DNA of 33,999 nucleotides, from NCBI GenBank assembly GCA_036626315.1, contig JAZKSB010000002.1, positions 1-33,999 on the forward strand. Direction: 5' to 3'. The notes under the pieces were generated by a model. It searched no databases. It had not been told where the DNA came from and saw only the letters and a program-made list of their open reading frames with translations. Source of the stretch: Halobacteriales archaeon (GTDB lineage Archaea > Halobacteriota > Halobacteria > Halobacteriales > PXRE01). Positions 8,168-17,308 of the stretch are shown piece after piece; within the stretch, counting starts at the first letter, position 1; each line of letters begins with the position of its first letter. The position numbers and the translations under genes are program-made.

Positions 8168-9880
8168 TCAGTGGCGGCGGCGGGTCAGCGCAACCACGGA
8201 CAGCAGCGCGACGAGCGCGGCGACGAGTCCGAATCCGGGCGAGGCGGCCGTCGTGGTTGCCGTCTCCTCGTCCGGCCCGTCAGTGGAACCGGGGCTGGTC
8301 GTCTCCGGCGACTCGCCCGTGGGCGTGTCGGCCGGCGAGTCCGTGGGCGTCGAACTCGTTTCCGGGGCAGCGCCTGCCCGGACGTTCGAGAGTTCGTCGA
8401 CGGACGGGGCGTTGACGATCACGACGGTCGAGCCCTCGACTGAGACGTAGAACGCGTCGCTGAACTCGTTGCCTTCGGGGATCCGCCAGGTGTTCCGGCG
8501 GTCCTCGACCTGTTCAGCGCCGTGATACTCCAGAACCTTCCGGTAGTTGTCGGCGAACTCCCGGGCGTCCCCGTCGGTGTCCCACTCTATCTTCCAGACG
8601 TAGCCTGTTCCGGGGTCCTCGTCGGGCGCGCCGCTCACGTAGGGGACGAGTTTGTCACCGGCCCAGCCGTCCGAGGCCGGATGCGAGTAGTTGTACGGAC
8701 CGATGTCGCGTAGCTCCTCGGATCCTTCCTTGTACTGGAAGAGGTGGGTGTACGGGACCGCGACGGTCTTGGCCGAACCGGCCTCGACCGAGGCCTCGTA
8801 GCTCGCGTACCACAGCATCGCGTAGATGCCGCCCTCGCCGAACTGGGCGTAGTTGACGCCGCCCTCGAGATCGAGGACCTGCCAGTCGCCGCTGGGGCTG
8901 TGGTCGATCGAGACGTCGACGGGACTCTCGGTGCCGTACTTCTCGTGGTGGATGATCTGTTCGGTGCTCTCCGGCGGGTCATCGTACATCTCGTTGACCG
9001 CTTCCCAGCCGCCTCGCTGGTGCACTTCGCGGACGAGTTCCGGGCCCTCGCTGTATGGGACGAACTGCGTCACCAGGTAGCCGGCGTGGACGTCGCCGCC
9101 GCCCCCCTCGGAGGACTGCGGCATCAGACAGCTCCACTCGCCGTTACAGCGCTGCTCGTAGAGGTAGTCGACGTAGTTGCCGTCCCCCTCGATGATGCCG
9201 TCCTTGGCGTTGTGCAACTCGCGGGTGGTCTGGTTGTACGCCGAGAGGTTGAAGTGCTGGTCCTGAAGCGCGTGAAACAGCTCCTGGGACAGCGTGATCT
9301 CGTTCATCTTCGGGGCGGTCGTGTTCTCCGAGACGATGACGATCCGCTCTTCGGTGGGGGAGTAGTACCCGAGCACGCTGGCGCTAGAACTGGACTGCTG
9401 GACCGAGATGGCGTCGGTCCCCTCGCCGACCAGGAACGTCGCCTCAAACTTGGCGTTCTGGTGGAGCCTGTTGGCGGCCGACGGGTCCGACCGGTTCCGG
9501 TTGCTCTCGGCGAACTCCTCGCGGGAGATCACCTCGACCGGAACGCGCTGCTCGAACTCCAGTTGCCGGACGGACTCGACTCTGGCCATCGCACGACTCA
9601 CTACGGCGTGCAGTTCCGAGTCGTTCAGGCCGTCGGACCGATCGACGTCGATCGACTCGTTGTGCCAGTAGCCGTCCTCCCAGCCGATCACGTCCTCGTC
9701 GGGATCAGGCGGCGCCTCCGTCGGCCCGACGGCATCGCCGGCCCCTCCTGACCGTTCGATCGGGTCGTCGGCTGGCGCCGACACCCCCTCGGCCGGCGCC
9801 TGAACGGACAGGCCGACCGCGGTACCCGAGGTGCCGGCGACGACGAACACCACGACGATCGCGTACACCAACCTTCGCAT
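8168..9880 (-). CDS. PGF-CTERM-anchored surface protein (archaeosortase A substrate) with a protease-like core, possibly an Hvo_1808-type surface protein
   Basis: N-terminal signal peptide. Thr/Pro/Ser-rich linker. C-terminal SPGFGLVAALVALLSVVALTRRRH, which is PGF, a TM helix and a basic tail. The central motif QELFHALQDQH (9272-9286 encodes QELFH) resembles a zinc-protease HExxH with the first His replaced. Confidence 0.8.
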   Translation of the reverse strand: MRRLVYAIVVVFVVAGTSGTAVGLSVQAPAEGVSAPADDPIERSGGAGDAVGPTEAPPDPDEDVIGWEDGYWHNESIDVDRSDGLNDSELHAVVSRAMARVESVRQLEFEQRVPVEVISREEFAESNRNRSDPSAANRLHQNAKFEATFLVGEGTDAISVQQSSSSASVLGYYSPTEERIVIVSENTTAPKMNEITLSQELFHALQDQHFNLSAYNQTTRELHNAKDGIIEGDGNYVDYLYEQRCNGEWSCLMPQSSEGGGGDVHAGYLVTQFVPYSEGPELVREVHQRGGWEAVNEMYDDPPESTEQIIHHEKYGTESPVDVSIDHSPSGDWQVLDLEGGVNYAQFGEGGIYAMLWYASYEASVEAGSAKTVAVPYTHLFQYKEGSEELRDIGPYNYSHPASDGWAGDKLVPYVSGAPDEDPGTGYVWKIEWDTDGDAREFADNYRKVLEYHGAEQVEDRRNTWRIPEGNEFSDAFYVSVEGSTVVIVNAPSVDELSNVRAGAAPETSSTPTDSPADTPTGESPETTSPGSTDGPDEETATTTAASPGFGLVAALVALLSVVALTRRRH

Positions 9881-9886
9881 ACGTCC

Positions 9887-9917
9887 CCGTTAGTAGTTGT
9901 TTATTAAAAACTAACGG
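9887..9917. promoter_or_regulatory. Inverted repeat CCGTTAGT-N15-ACTAACGG within an AT-rich divergent promoter region
   Basis: Read directly (9887-9894 and 9910-9917). It flanks TTGTTTATTAAAAA, immediately upstream of the surface-protein start at 9880. Confidence 0.45.
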
Positions 9918-10029
9918 AAAGTTGGAAAGCGGTCGGGTCGGGGCTGGGAGTTGACCCGCGGGGCGGCGCCGTCGGTCCGGAAGCGGGGCGGCAGTCATAT
10001 TTTCCCACGCGCCGTACGTCGGGCTACGT

Positions 10030-10602
10030 ATGCAATTCGACCCCGATACGACCGCCGTCGTGGTCGTGGACATGCAAAACGGGTTCTGCCATCCCGACGG
10101 GAGCCTCTATGCGCCCGCCAGCGAGGCGGTCGTCGAACCCATCGCCGACCTCGTCGAGCGCGCCCGCGACGCCGGCGTGCAAGTCGTCTACACCCGCGAC
10201 GTTCACCCGCCCGAGCAGTTCGAGGACGCCCACTACTACGACGAGTTCGAGCGCTGGGGCGAACACGTCCTGGAGGGTTCCTGGGAAGCGGAGATCGTCG
10301 ACGGCCTGGAGGTCCGCGAGGCGGACCTCGTCGTCGAGAAGCACACCTACGACGCGTTCTACGAAACGGAACTCGACGGGTGGCTGACCGCCCGCGCCAT
10401 CGACGACCTGGTCATCGTCGGGACGCTCGCGAACGTCTGCGTGCTCCACACCGCCGGCTCCGCGGGGCTGCGAGACTACCGCCCCGTGCTCGTCGAGGAC
10501 ACCGTCGGCTACATCGAGGAGGGCCACCGGGAGAACGCCCTCGACCACGCCGACCTCCTGTTCGGGGAAGTCGCCACCCGCGAAGAGATCGAGTTCGCCT
10601 GA
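10030..10602 (+). CDS. pncA: Nicotinamidase / isochorismatase-family cysteine hydrolase
   Basis: VVVDMQNGF, TRDVHP (compare the PncA metal-binding DxH region), WGEHV, and the catalytic-Cys context VGTLANVCVLHTA. A TATA-like CATATTTTC sits at 9996-10004, about 30 nt upstream of the ATG. Confidence 0.75.
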   Translation: MQFDPDTTAVVVVDMQNGFCHPDGSLYAPASEAVVEPIADLVERARDAGVQVVYTRDVHPPEQFEDAHYYDEFERWGEHVLEGSWEAEIVDGLEVREADLVVEKHTYDAFYETELDGWLTARAIDDLVIVGTLANVCVLHTAGSAGLRDYRPVLVEDTVGYIEEGHRENALDHADLLFGEVATREEIEFA

Positions 10603-10665
10603 CTGGCGAGCGGAGGACATGCGCGTCCGACCGACCGACAGCTGGCAACGCCCGTCCTCGGGGCC

Positions 10666-11115
10666 TCACTCGCCGTGGAACAGCCGATAGGCACCCTGGC
10701 CGACTGCGACCGGCTGGACGCCGTCCTCCGGCGTCTCGCTCTCGACGGTGATCGTCGAGACGCCGACCGTCGACCCGGTCCGGACCACCTCCGCCGTCGC
10801 GACCAGGTCGCTGGTGGCGGGTCGCAGGTAGTTGACGTTGAGGTTGATCGTCGCAGTCGACCCCGCGATGGGGTCGTCCAGCAGCGGTTGCAGCGCCAGT
10901 CCCCCCGCCGTGTCGATCAGCGTCGAGGCGACGCCGCCGTGCATCGAGGGCGGCTCCGTCGGGTTCGTCAGTTTCTCGTCGAACGGCACCGCGAGGACGA
11001 TCCGCCCGGGTTCGAGTTCTTCGAGCGAGACGTCCAGCCAGGACATGAACCCGTGACCGTGCTCCAGGAAGTGCCGGAGCGTCTCGGTGGCTTCGTCCAG
11101 AACCTCGTCGTCCAT
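10666..11115 (-). CDS. PaaI-family hotdog-fold thioesterase
   Basis: 149 aa with the MHGGVASTLIDTAGG motif and overall PaaI/YbgC-like layout. Confidence 0.8.
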   Translation of the reverse strand: MDDEVLDEATETLRHFLEHGHGFMSWLDVSLEELEPGRIVLAVPFDEKLTNPTEPPSMHGGVASTLIDTAGGLALQPLLDDPIAGSTATINLNVNYLRPATSDLVATAEVVRTGSTVGVSTITVESETPEDGVQPVAVGQGAYRLFHGE

Positions 11116-11200
11116 GCGGGGCCATGGCGGGCGAACCGCCTTCTACCCGTCGATCGAAACGGGTCCGTCGAGCGCGCCGGCGGCCCGCTCCCGATCGGCG

Positions 11201-12082
11201 TCACAGCCGGCGAATCTCGACGCGGATCTGCTCGCCGACCGAAAAGTCCCTCTCCCGGTCGACGAGTTTGGCGCCGAAGTCGCCGTCTCGCGCGAGAAAC
11301 AGCGACAGCCCCGTCACCGGCTCGCCGTTTGCCAGCACCGTCACGTCGTCCCAGGCTACGTCCCGGCTCGCCGCGGTGCCGACGCGCCCGCCGAACAGCG
11401 AGACCGGGCCCTCCCGGGCCTGGTCGCCCAGCAGGCCCCCGCCGTCGTAGTGGGCGAGTCCGCCGTCGAGAATGCCGCCGCCGTCGGCAGCGACGCCGGC
11501 CCAGGACCCGGGGTCGGGATGAGCGGGCGCATCGAGCAGCGCGTACGTCTCCCCGGCGGCGACCACGGTGCCGATGCCGCCCCAGTCGGCGGGTACGAGA
11601 TCGACGTCGAGCGCGAGTCCGAGCGACCCCGAGGCACGTTCGAGGTTCGCGTCGGGGTCGCGGAAGCCGAGGTGGACGTGGTTGTCGACCCACGGCGCGT
11701 AGTAGCCCGACCGGATCAGCGTCCCGAGATCGTCGCCGACCGCCACCTCTTCTCCGGGTTCGACGGCAGGGTCGACGTGCATTATCCGGGCAACGAGTCC
11801 CGCCGCCGACGCCGGCCGGTCGACGTCGACGAGGATGAGGTGGTCGTGTGGCTCCGCGTGCGAACGGTCCGGAGCCCGGACGGTCCGGACGTCCCGGACC
11901 GTCCCGCCGACCGGACTGGGTCCCCGCGTCGTCGACGCCGGGACCCCGGCGCGGGCGTCGCCGTCCGCCGCTCCGGGATAGAGGTCGACGGCGTGCCCGC
12001 GCCGGTGGGCGGCGTAGGGGGAGTTGTACAGCGTCGCCCGCTCGTAGCGGTTCAGGACGGCGGCCGGCAGCCGGACAGTCAT
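11201..12082 (-). CDS. Conserved hypothetical protein with weak LytM/M23-like signatures
   Basis: Start chosen at ATG 12082 (MTVRLPAAVL). It contains GHAVDLYP, VEPGEEVAVGDDLGTL and NHVHLGF, reminiscent of the M23 HxxxD / HxH motifs but not exact. Alternative upstream starts exist at 12109 and 12178. Confidence 0.55.
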   Translation of the reverse strand: MTVRLPAAVLNRYERATLYNSPYAAHRRGHAVDLYPGAADGDARAGVPASTTRGPSPVGGTVRDVRTVRAPDRSHAEPHDHLILVDVDRPASAAGLVARIMHVDPAVEPGEEVAVGDDLGTLIRSGYYAPWVDNHVHLGFRDPDANLERASGSLGLALDVDLVPADWGGIGTVVAAGETYALLDAPAHPDPGSWAGVAADGGGILDGGLAHYDGGGLLGDQAREGPVSLFGGRVGTAASRDVAWDDVTVLANGEPVTGLSLFLARDGDFGAKLVDRERDFSVGEQIRVEIRRL

Positions 12083-12216
12083 TGCCTGCCGTTGGCGCGA
12101 CGGGGCCATTGGCCTGTCGGAACCGGCGACGGCAAAGACGTGGGGGCGGTCGGAAGGGTCAAACCGGCGTCGAACCATCTGGAAAGCATTTGTATCCGAC
12201 CGTCGGATCGGGACAC

Positions 12217-12699
12217 ATGCGAACGGCTACGGGCGTACTGGCACTGGTCGCGATGGCCCTGCTGGCCGGCTGTCTGGGCGGCGTCAGCGGGACGGTCACG
12301 CCGACCGACACGGATTCGCCGAGGCCGACGGTCTCTCCGCTCCCCGAGGAGACCGTCTCGCTGCCGGACGGCCCGAAGACGGCGCCGGAACCGCCGGCGG
12401 AGATGGACGCCGAGTCCGTCCGCGAGTACGTCCGGACCTACGAGTACCGGTACGCGTACAACTCGCTCTGGTACAGCGACAACAGCAACGTCAACCTCGA
12501 CTGTGAGGTCGACGACGTCGAGGAGATCTCGGCCGGCTGGCGGGCCGTCGTGACCTGCATCGGATACTCGAACACCGGCGGCGAGGCGCCGGGCACCGCC
12601 ACCGCGACCGAACTGCACGCCGACTGGGGTACCCAGACGTTCGTCTACTACGTCGACGAGGACTCGGTGATCCGCGAGCGACAGGACGCCGGCGGATGA
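12217..12699 (+). CDS. Lipoprotein of unknown function
   Basis: ATG 12217 gives MRTATGVLALVAMALLAGCLG (signal plus lipobox) and a Thr/Pro-rich linker. The upstream 123 codons of the track ORF are Arg-rich shadow. Confidence 0.75.
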   Translation: MRTATGVLALVAMALLAGCLGGVSGTVTPTDTDSPRPTVSPLPEETVSLPDGPKTAPEPPAEMDAESVREYVRTYEYRYAYNSLWYSDNSNVNLDCEVDDVEEISAGWRAVVTCIGYSNTGGEAPGTATATELHADWGTQTFVYYVDEDSVIRERQDAGG

Positions 12700-12729
12700 C
12701 CTAAGCCCGTCGGGCACCGACTCACGGCC

Positions 12730-13410
12730 ATGCGCGTGCTCCGGGGACGCGGTGCAGACATCGACGCCGACCGGCAGACCACCGCGGACATGCTGTCGAC
12801 GGTCGCGGAGACCGGCGAGCCGGCCGTCCGCGTGTGGCAGCCCCACCGACAGATGGCGTTCGGCCGGCGGGATACCAACAGCGACGACTACGAGGCTGCC
12901 GCAGCCGCGGCCCGCGAGCGCGGGTTCCCGCCGATCGAGCGCTCCGTCGGCGGCAACGCGGTCGCCTACACCGGTCGGACCGTCGCATTCGCCCGCGCGG
13001 AACCGATAGACGACGTTCGCACGGGACTCGATGACCGCTACGAGGCAGCGATCGAGGACGTTCGCCGTGCGCTCTCGCGACTCGGGGTCGATGCCGAACG
13101 GGGCGAACCGCCGGGGGCGTTCTGTCCCGGCCAGCACTCCCTCAGCAACCGCGGCAAGATCGCCGGCATCGCCCAGCGGATCGCGACGGACGCCGCGATG
13201 GTCGGGGGCGTCGTCAACGTCTCCGACCAGGAAGCCATCGCGGACGTGCTAGCGCCCGTCTACGACGCGCTGGGCGTAGCGTTTCGCCCCGGTTCGATCG
13301 GCAGCGTCGCCCGGGCAGGCGGCAATTCCGACCCGGAGGCGGTGATCGACGCGCTCGAAACGGCGCTTGTCGGGGACCACGAGTACACGGTCGAACGGGT
13401 TGATACCTGA
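12730..13410 (+). CDS. Lipoate-protein ligase family protein (BPL/LPL catalytic domain)
   Basis: 226 aa with the elements RSVGGNAVAY, PGQHSL and GKIAGIAQRI, typical of LplA/LipB-type catalytic domains. Confidence 0.75.
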   Translation: MRVLRGRGADIDADRQTTADMLSTVAETGEPAVRVWQPHRQMAFGRRDTNSDDYEAAAAAARERGFPPIERSVGGNAVAYTGRTVAFARAEPIDDVRTGLDDRYEAAIEDVRRALSRLGVDAERGEPPGAFCPGQHSLSNRGKIAGIAQRIATDAAMVGGVVNVSDQEAIADVLAPVYDALGVAFRPGSIGSVARAGGNSDPEAVIDALETALVGDHEYTVERVDT

Positions 13411-13586
13411 ACGTTTTGTGGGAGGGGGCGGCCAGCGCCCCCCTGACCTGACCGCAACCCCGCGGCGGCCAGCAGTCGCGCGGTGCACCGCCTCGGGGAG
13501 GAGAGCGCACCGCCAGTTCGCCATCTCGTCGCTCCGGCAGACCACCGACCGGGAGACTTACGCCCGCGGCAAGCGCAGTCGCCGCT

Positions 13587-14864
13587 ATGCTGATCAGGGA
13601 CGCCACCCTCGCCGACGGTCGGACGGTCGACGTCCGGATCGCGGGCGAACGGATCGACGCCGTCGGGAGTCAACTATCGGCGGGCGACGACGAGGTTCTC
13701 GACGCCGCGGGAAAGCTTCTCCTGCCGGGGGCGGTCGACGTTCACGTTCACTTCCGGGAGCCCGGGTTCGCCCACAAGGAGACGTGGGCGTCGGGGAGTC
13801 GAAGCGCCGCCGCGGGCGGGGTGACGACCGTCGTCGACCAGCCTAACACCGACCCCCCGACCGTGACCGGCGAGGCGTTCGACGAGAAGGCCGGCCTCGC
13901 GGACGCCTCGCTGGTCGATTACGGCATCAACGGCGGCGTCACCGCCGAGTGGGCGCCCGACTCGCTGTTCGAGCGGCCCCTGTTCGCGCTGGGAGAGGTG
14001 TTTCTGGCGGACTCGACCGGCGACATGGGCATCGACGAGACCCTGTTCCGGGCGGCTGCCGAACGGGCCGCCGAGGCGGACGTGACCGTCACGGTCCACG
14101 CCGAGGACGCGGACCTGTTCCACCGGGCGGCCCGCGAGCGCGACGACGCCGACGCCTGGAGCGCGTACCGCTCGTCCGAGGCGGAGGCCGTCGCGGTCCG
14201 GCGGGCCGTCTCCGTCGCCGACGAGACCGGGGTCGACCTCCACGTCGCCCACACGAGTACGCCCGCCGGCGCCCGGATCGCCGCCGCTGCCGGGGCGACG
14301 ACGGAGGTGACGCCGCACCACTTCCTGCTGTCCCGCCAGGACACCCCCGACCTTGGCACGTTCGGGCGGATGAACCCGCCGCTGCGGTCGGAAACGCGGC
14401 GCCGGGAACTGTTCGGGCTGGTGGCCGACGGGACCGTCGACGTCGTCGCCACCGACCACGCGCCCCACACGCGGGCGGAGAAAGACGCCGGCATCTGGGA
14501 CGCGCCCAGCGGCGTCCCCGGCGTGGAGACGTTGCTGCCGCTGCTGTTGGAGCAGGCCCGGCGGGGCCGACTCACCCACGAGCGAGTTCGCGACCTGACG
14601 ACGGCCAACCCGGCAGCGATCTTCGACCTGCCCCGAAAGGGACGGATCGAGGCGGGCGCCGACGCTGATCTGGTGCTCGTCGACCCGGACGCGACCCGCG
14701 AGATACGTGGCGAGCGACTGCACTCGAACTGCGGGTGGACCCCGTTCGAGGGAATGGACGGCGTGTTCCCCGAGGTGACGATGGTCCGGGGGAAGGTCGC
14801 CTACAGGCGAGCGGACGGCGACGAGCGGTTCGGCCCGGCGCGGGGCGAGAACGTGCGGGAGTGA
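13587..14864 (+). CDS. pyrC: Dihydroorotase
   Basis: 425 aa. Metal-binding PGAVDVHVHFREPG, GGVTTVVDQPNT, VTVHAEDAD and ATDHAPH motifs of the amidohydrolase/dihydroorotase family. Confidence 0.88.
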   Translation: MLIRDATLADGRTVDVRIAGERIDAVGSQLSAGDDEVLDAAGKLLLPGAVDVHVHFREPGFAHKETWASGSRSAAAGGVTTVVDQPNTDPPTVTGEAFDEKAGLADASLVDYGINGGVTAEWAPDSLFERPLFALGEVFLADSTGDMGIDETLFRAAAERAAEADVTVTVHAEDADLFHRAARERDDADAWSAYRSSEAEAVAVRRAVSVADETGVDLHVAHTSTPAGARIAAAAGATTEVTPHHFLLSRQDTPDLGTFGRMNPPLRSETRRRELFGLVADGTVDVVATDHAPHTRAEKDAGIWDAPSGVPGVETLLPLLLEQARRGRLTHERVRDLTTANPAAIFDLPRKGRIEAGADADLVLVDPDATREIRGERLHSNCGWTPFEGMDGVFPEVTMVRGKVAYRRADGDERFGPARGENVRE

Positions 14865-14895
14865 TCGGGGCGGCGCCGGCCGAGCGACGCCGGAG

Positions 14896-15240
14896 TCAGC
14901 CGAGCACGGCGGTGGCGACTGCCGACCCGACCATCCACCCGGCGCCGAAACTCCCGATCCGGATCATGGCCCGGCGGGACTTGCGCTCGGTCCAGCCGCC
15001 GCCCACGTCGAGGTGGCGCTGCATCGCCTCGACGCCCGACCCGGCCATGATCGACCCCGACCAGCCGAGCAGCCCGAACCCCAGAAGCAACGCACCGAAC
15101 GCGAAGGTCTTGCGGCTGGCGAACCGGACGTCGCTGGCCCAGAGTGCGACGGCGACGAGGACGGCCGCGCCGACGAACAATCCGACGCCGACGGCGGTCG
15201 CGGCGATGCCGACCCGTGACCGGACGGCGGCGCGGTCCAT
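14896..15240 (-). CDS. Small integral membrane protein of 114 aa with about 4 TM segments, unknown function
   Basis: Hydrophobic ORF whose start codon directly abuts the stop of the upstream ABC permease (15241), suggesting co-transcription. Confidence 0.6.
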   Translation of the reverse strand: MDRAAVRSRVGIAATAVGVGLFVGAAVLVAVALWASDVRFASRKTFAFGALLLGFGLLGWSGSIMAGSGVEAMQRHLDVGGGWTERKSRRAMIRIGSFGAGWMVGSAVATAVLG

Positions 15241-16170
15241 TCAGTCGACCGCCTCGCGCATTCGCGGATCCAGCGCGTCCCGCATGCCGTCGCCCAGAAG
15301 GTTGAATCCCAGGACCGTCAGCGCCAGAAACAGCCCGGGGAAGAACGACCACCACCAGTAGCCGCTCAACAGTCCCTTGTCGACGCCCTGCGAGAGCATC
15401 ATCCCCCAGGTCGGGGTGCCGACCTCCGCGCCGAAGCCCAGAAACGACAGCGCAGCGAGGTCGATGATCGCCAGCCCGAAGTTCAGCGTCGACTGGACGG
15501 TGATCGGCGCCAGCGTGTTCGGCATGATGTGACGCACCAGCACCCGGAGGTCCTTCGCGCCGATGGCGACGGTGGCGTCGATGTACTCGTCCTCTAGGAC
15601 CTTCAGCGCGGCCCCGCGGACGACCCGCGCGAACCGTGGCGTGTACACGAGCGTCAGCGCCAGCGCCGCCCGCCACAGCCCCCAGTCCTGGGGGAGGATC
15701 GCGACCAGCGCGAGCGCGAGCAACAGCGACGGGAACGCCAGCAGGACGTCCATCGTCCGCATGATGACGTTGTCGGTGACGTCGCCGTAGTAGGCGGCGA
15801 CGATGCCGAGGCCAACTCCCATCACCGTCGACGCGCCGACGACGATGGTGCCGAACTGCATGGCGTACCACGCGCCGTACAGCACCCGGACGAAGATGTC
15901 CCGGGCCTGCAGGTCGGTCCCGAACGGATACTCCACCCGGGGCGAGAGAAACGCGGCGCCGGGCCGGTTCGACAGCTGGGAATTGCTGATCGCCGCGAGG
16001 TCGATGAACAGCCGCGAGTAGATCGCCAGCGCCAGCATTACCGCGATGATCGCGAGGCCGATCAGCGCCAGCCGGTTCGACAGCAGGTCCGAGAGAAACG
16101 GCGACGCCCGGAGCCGCTGGAAGAACCCGCGACGGTCGGCGTCCGTCTCGGCGTCGGTGGTCGTACTCAT
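15241..16170 (-). CDS. dppC: ABC transporter permease, DppC/OppC type
   Basis: 309 aa, multi-TM, binding-protein-dependent transport signature region (ALALTLVYTPRFARVVRGAALKV). Adjacent to the DppB-type permease. Confidence 0.88.
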   Translation of the reverse strand: MSTTTDAETDADRRGFFQRLRASPFLSDLLSNRLALIGLAIIAVMLALAIYSRLFIDLAAISNSQLSNRPGAAFLSPRVEYPFGTDLQARDIFVRVLYGAWYAMQFGTIVVGASTVMGVGLGIVAAYYGDVTDNVIMRTMDVLLAFPSLLLALALVAILPQDWGLWRAALALTLVYTPRFARVVRGAALKVLEDEYIDATVAIGAKDLRVLVRHIMPNTLAPITVQSTLNFGLAIIDLAALSFLGFGAEVGTPTWGMMLSQGVDKGLLSGYWWWSFFPGLFLALTVLGFNLLGDGMRDALDPRMREAVD

Positions 16171-16234
16171 GCGTTCTCGGCCTCCGTGTCGACAGGACGG
16201 TCGCCCTCGACGGGGTGGCGGAGATGACTGTCAC

Positions 16235-17248
16235 TCATTGTTCGATCCTCGGGTCCAGATACGAGTACGTGAGGTCGACGCCCAGGTTCACGAGCGTGAA
16301 CAGCAACGCGAACAGCAACACTGTCCCCTGGACGACCGGGTAGTCGGTGTTGTTGATCGCCTCCACGAGCAGGGTGCCGATGCCGTTGATCGAGAACACC
16401 GTCTCCGTCAGGACGGCGCCGCCCAGCAGCGTCCCGAACTGGATGCCGATGATCGTCGTCACCGGGATGAGCGCGTTGCGGAACCCGTGTTTCATGATGG
16501 TGATCTTCGCGCCCTGGCCCTTCGCGCGGGCGGTCCGCATGTAGTCCTGGCGGATGACCTCCAGCATCGACGAGCGCATCATCCGGGAGATGAGCGCCAT
16601 CGAGTAGATCCCGATCACGAGCACCGGCAACAGCAGGTGCTTGACGGCGGAGAAAAACGCCGCGTACTTCGCCGCCAACAGCGTGTCGACGGTGACCATG
16701 TGGGTCACTTCCGGATACTGAAAGTCGGTCGCGATCCGCCGCGTCGTCGGCAACCACCCAAGCTGGACCGAAAACAGCATGATGACCAGCGGGCCGCTCC
16801 AGAAGATGGGGACGCTGATGCCGGTCAGCGCGCCGATGCGGGTGAGGTGATCGGTGATGGTGTCCTGCTTGATCGCCGAGAGCACGCCGAGCGGAATGCC
16901 GAAGAGGATGCCCGCGATCTGGCCGTAGATCGCCAGTTCCAGGGTGACCGGGAAGTGGGTCTTCAGGATCGACGAGACGGCTTCGCCCTGGCGGATCTGG
17001 TAGGACTCGCCGAAGTCGAGCACGACGACGTCGGTCAGGAAGTCGACGTACTGGACCCAGATCGGCCGGTTGAGACCGAGTTCAACCCGGACCTGGTCGA
17101 CGTACGAGGGGGGCGCACGCCGGCCGGCGATGAGCCGTGCCGGGTCGCCGGGTGCAAGGTGGAGCATGGCGAAGACGAACGTCGCGACTCCGAACAGCAC
17201 CGGAATCAGCAACAGGAGTCGCTTGACCAGAAAGCGACGCGATACCAT
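16235..17248 (-). CDS. dppB: ABC transporter permease, DppB/OppB type
   Basis: 337 aa. N-terminal FLVKRLLLLIPVLFGV, and the EAA-loop-like region DYMRTARAKGQ typical of DppB/OppB. Confidence 0.9.
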   Translation of the reverse strand: MVSRRFLVKRLLLLIPVLFGVATFVFAMLHLAPGDPARLIAGRRAPPSYVDQVRVELGLNRPIWVQYVDFLTDVVVLDFGESYQIRQGEAVSSILKTHFPVTLELAIYGQIAGILFGIPLGVLSAIKQDTITDHLTRIGALTGISVPIFWSGPLVIMLFSVQLGWLPTTRRIATDFQYPEVTHMVTVDTLLAAKYAAFFSAVKHLLLPVLVIGIYSMALISRMMRSSMLEVIRQDYMRTARAKGQGAKITIMKHGFRNALIPVTTIIGIQFGTLLGGAVLTETVFSINGIGTLLVEAINNTDYPVVQGTVLLFALLFTLVNLGVDLTYSYLDPRIEQ

Positions 17249-17308
17249 TGTGCGTCCATGACGACGGCGGTGACTTAAAATGAACCGTTCCGATCCGGCT
17301 CCTGGGGG

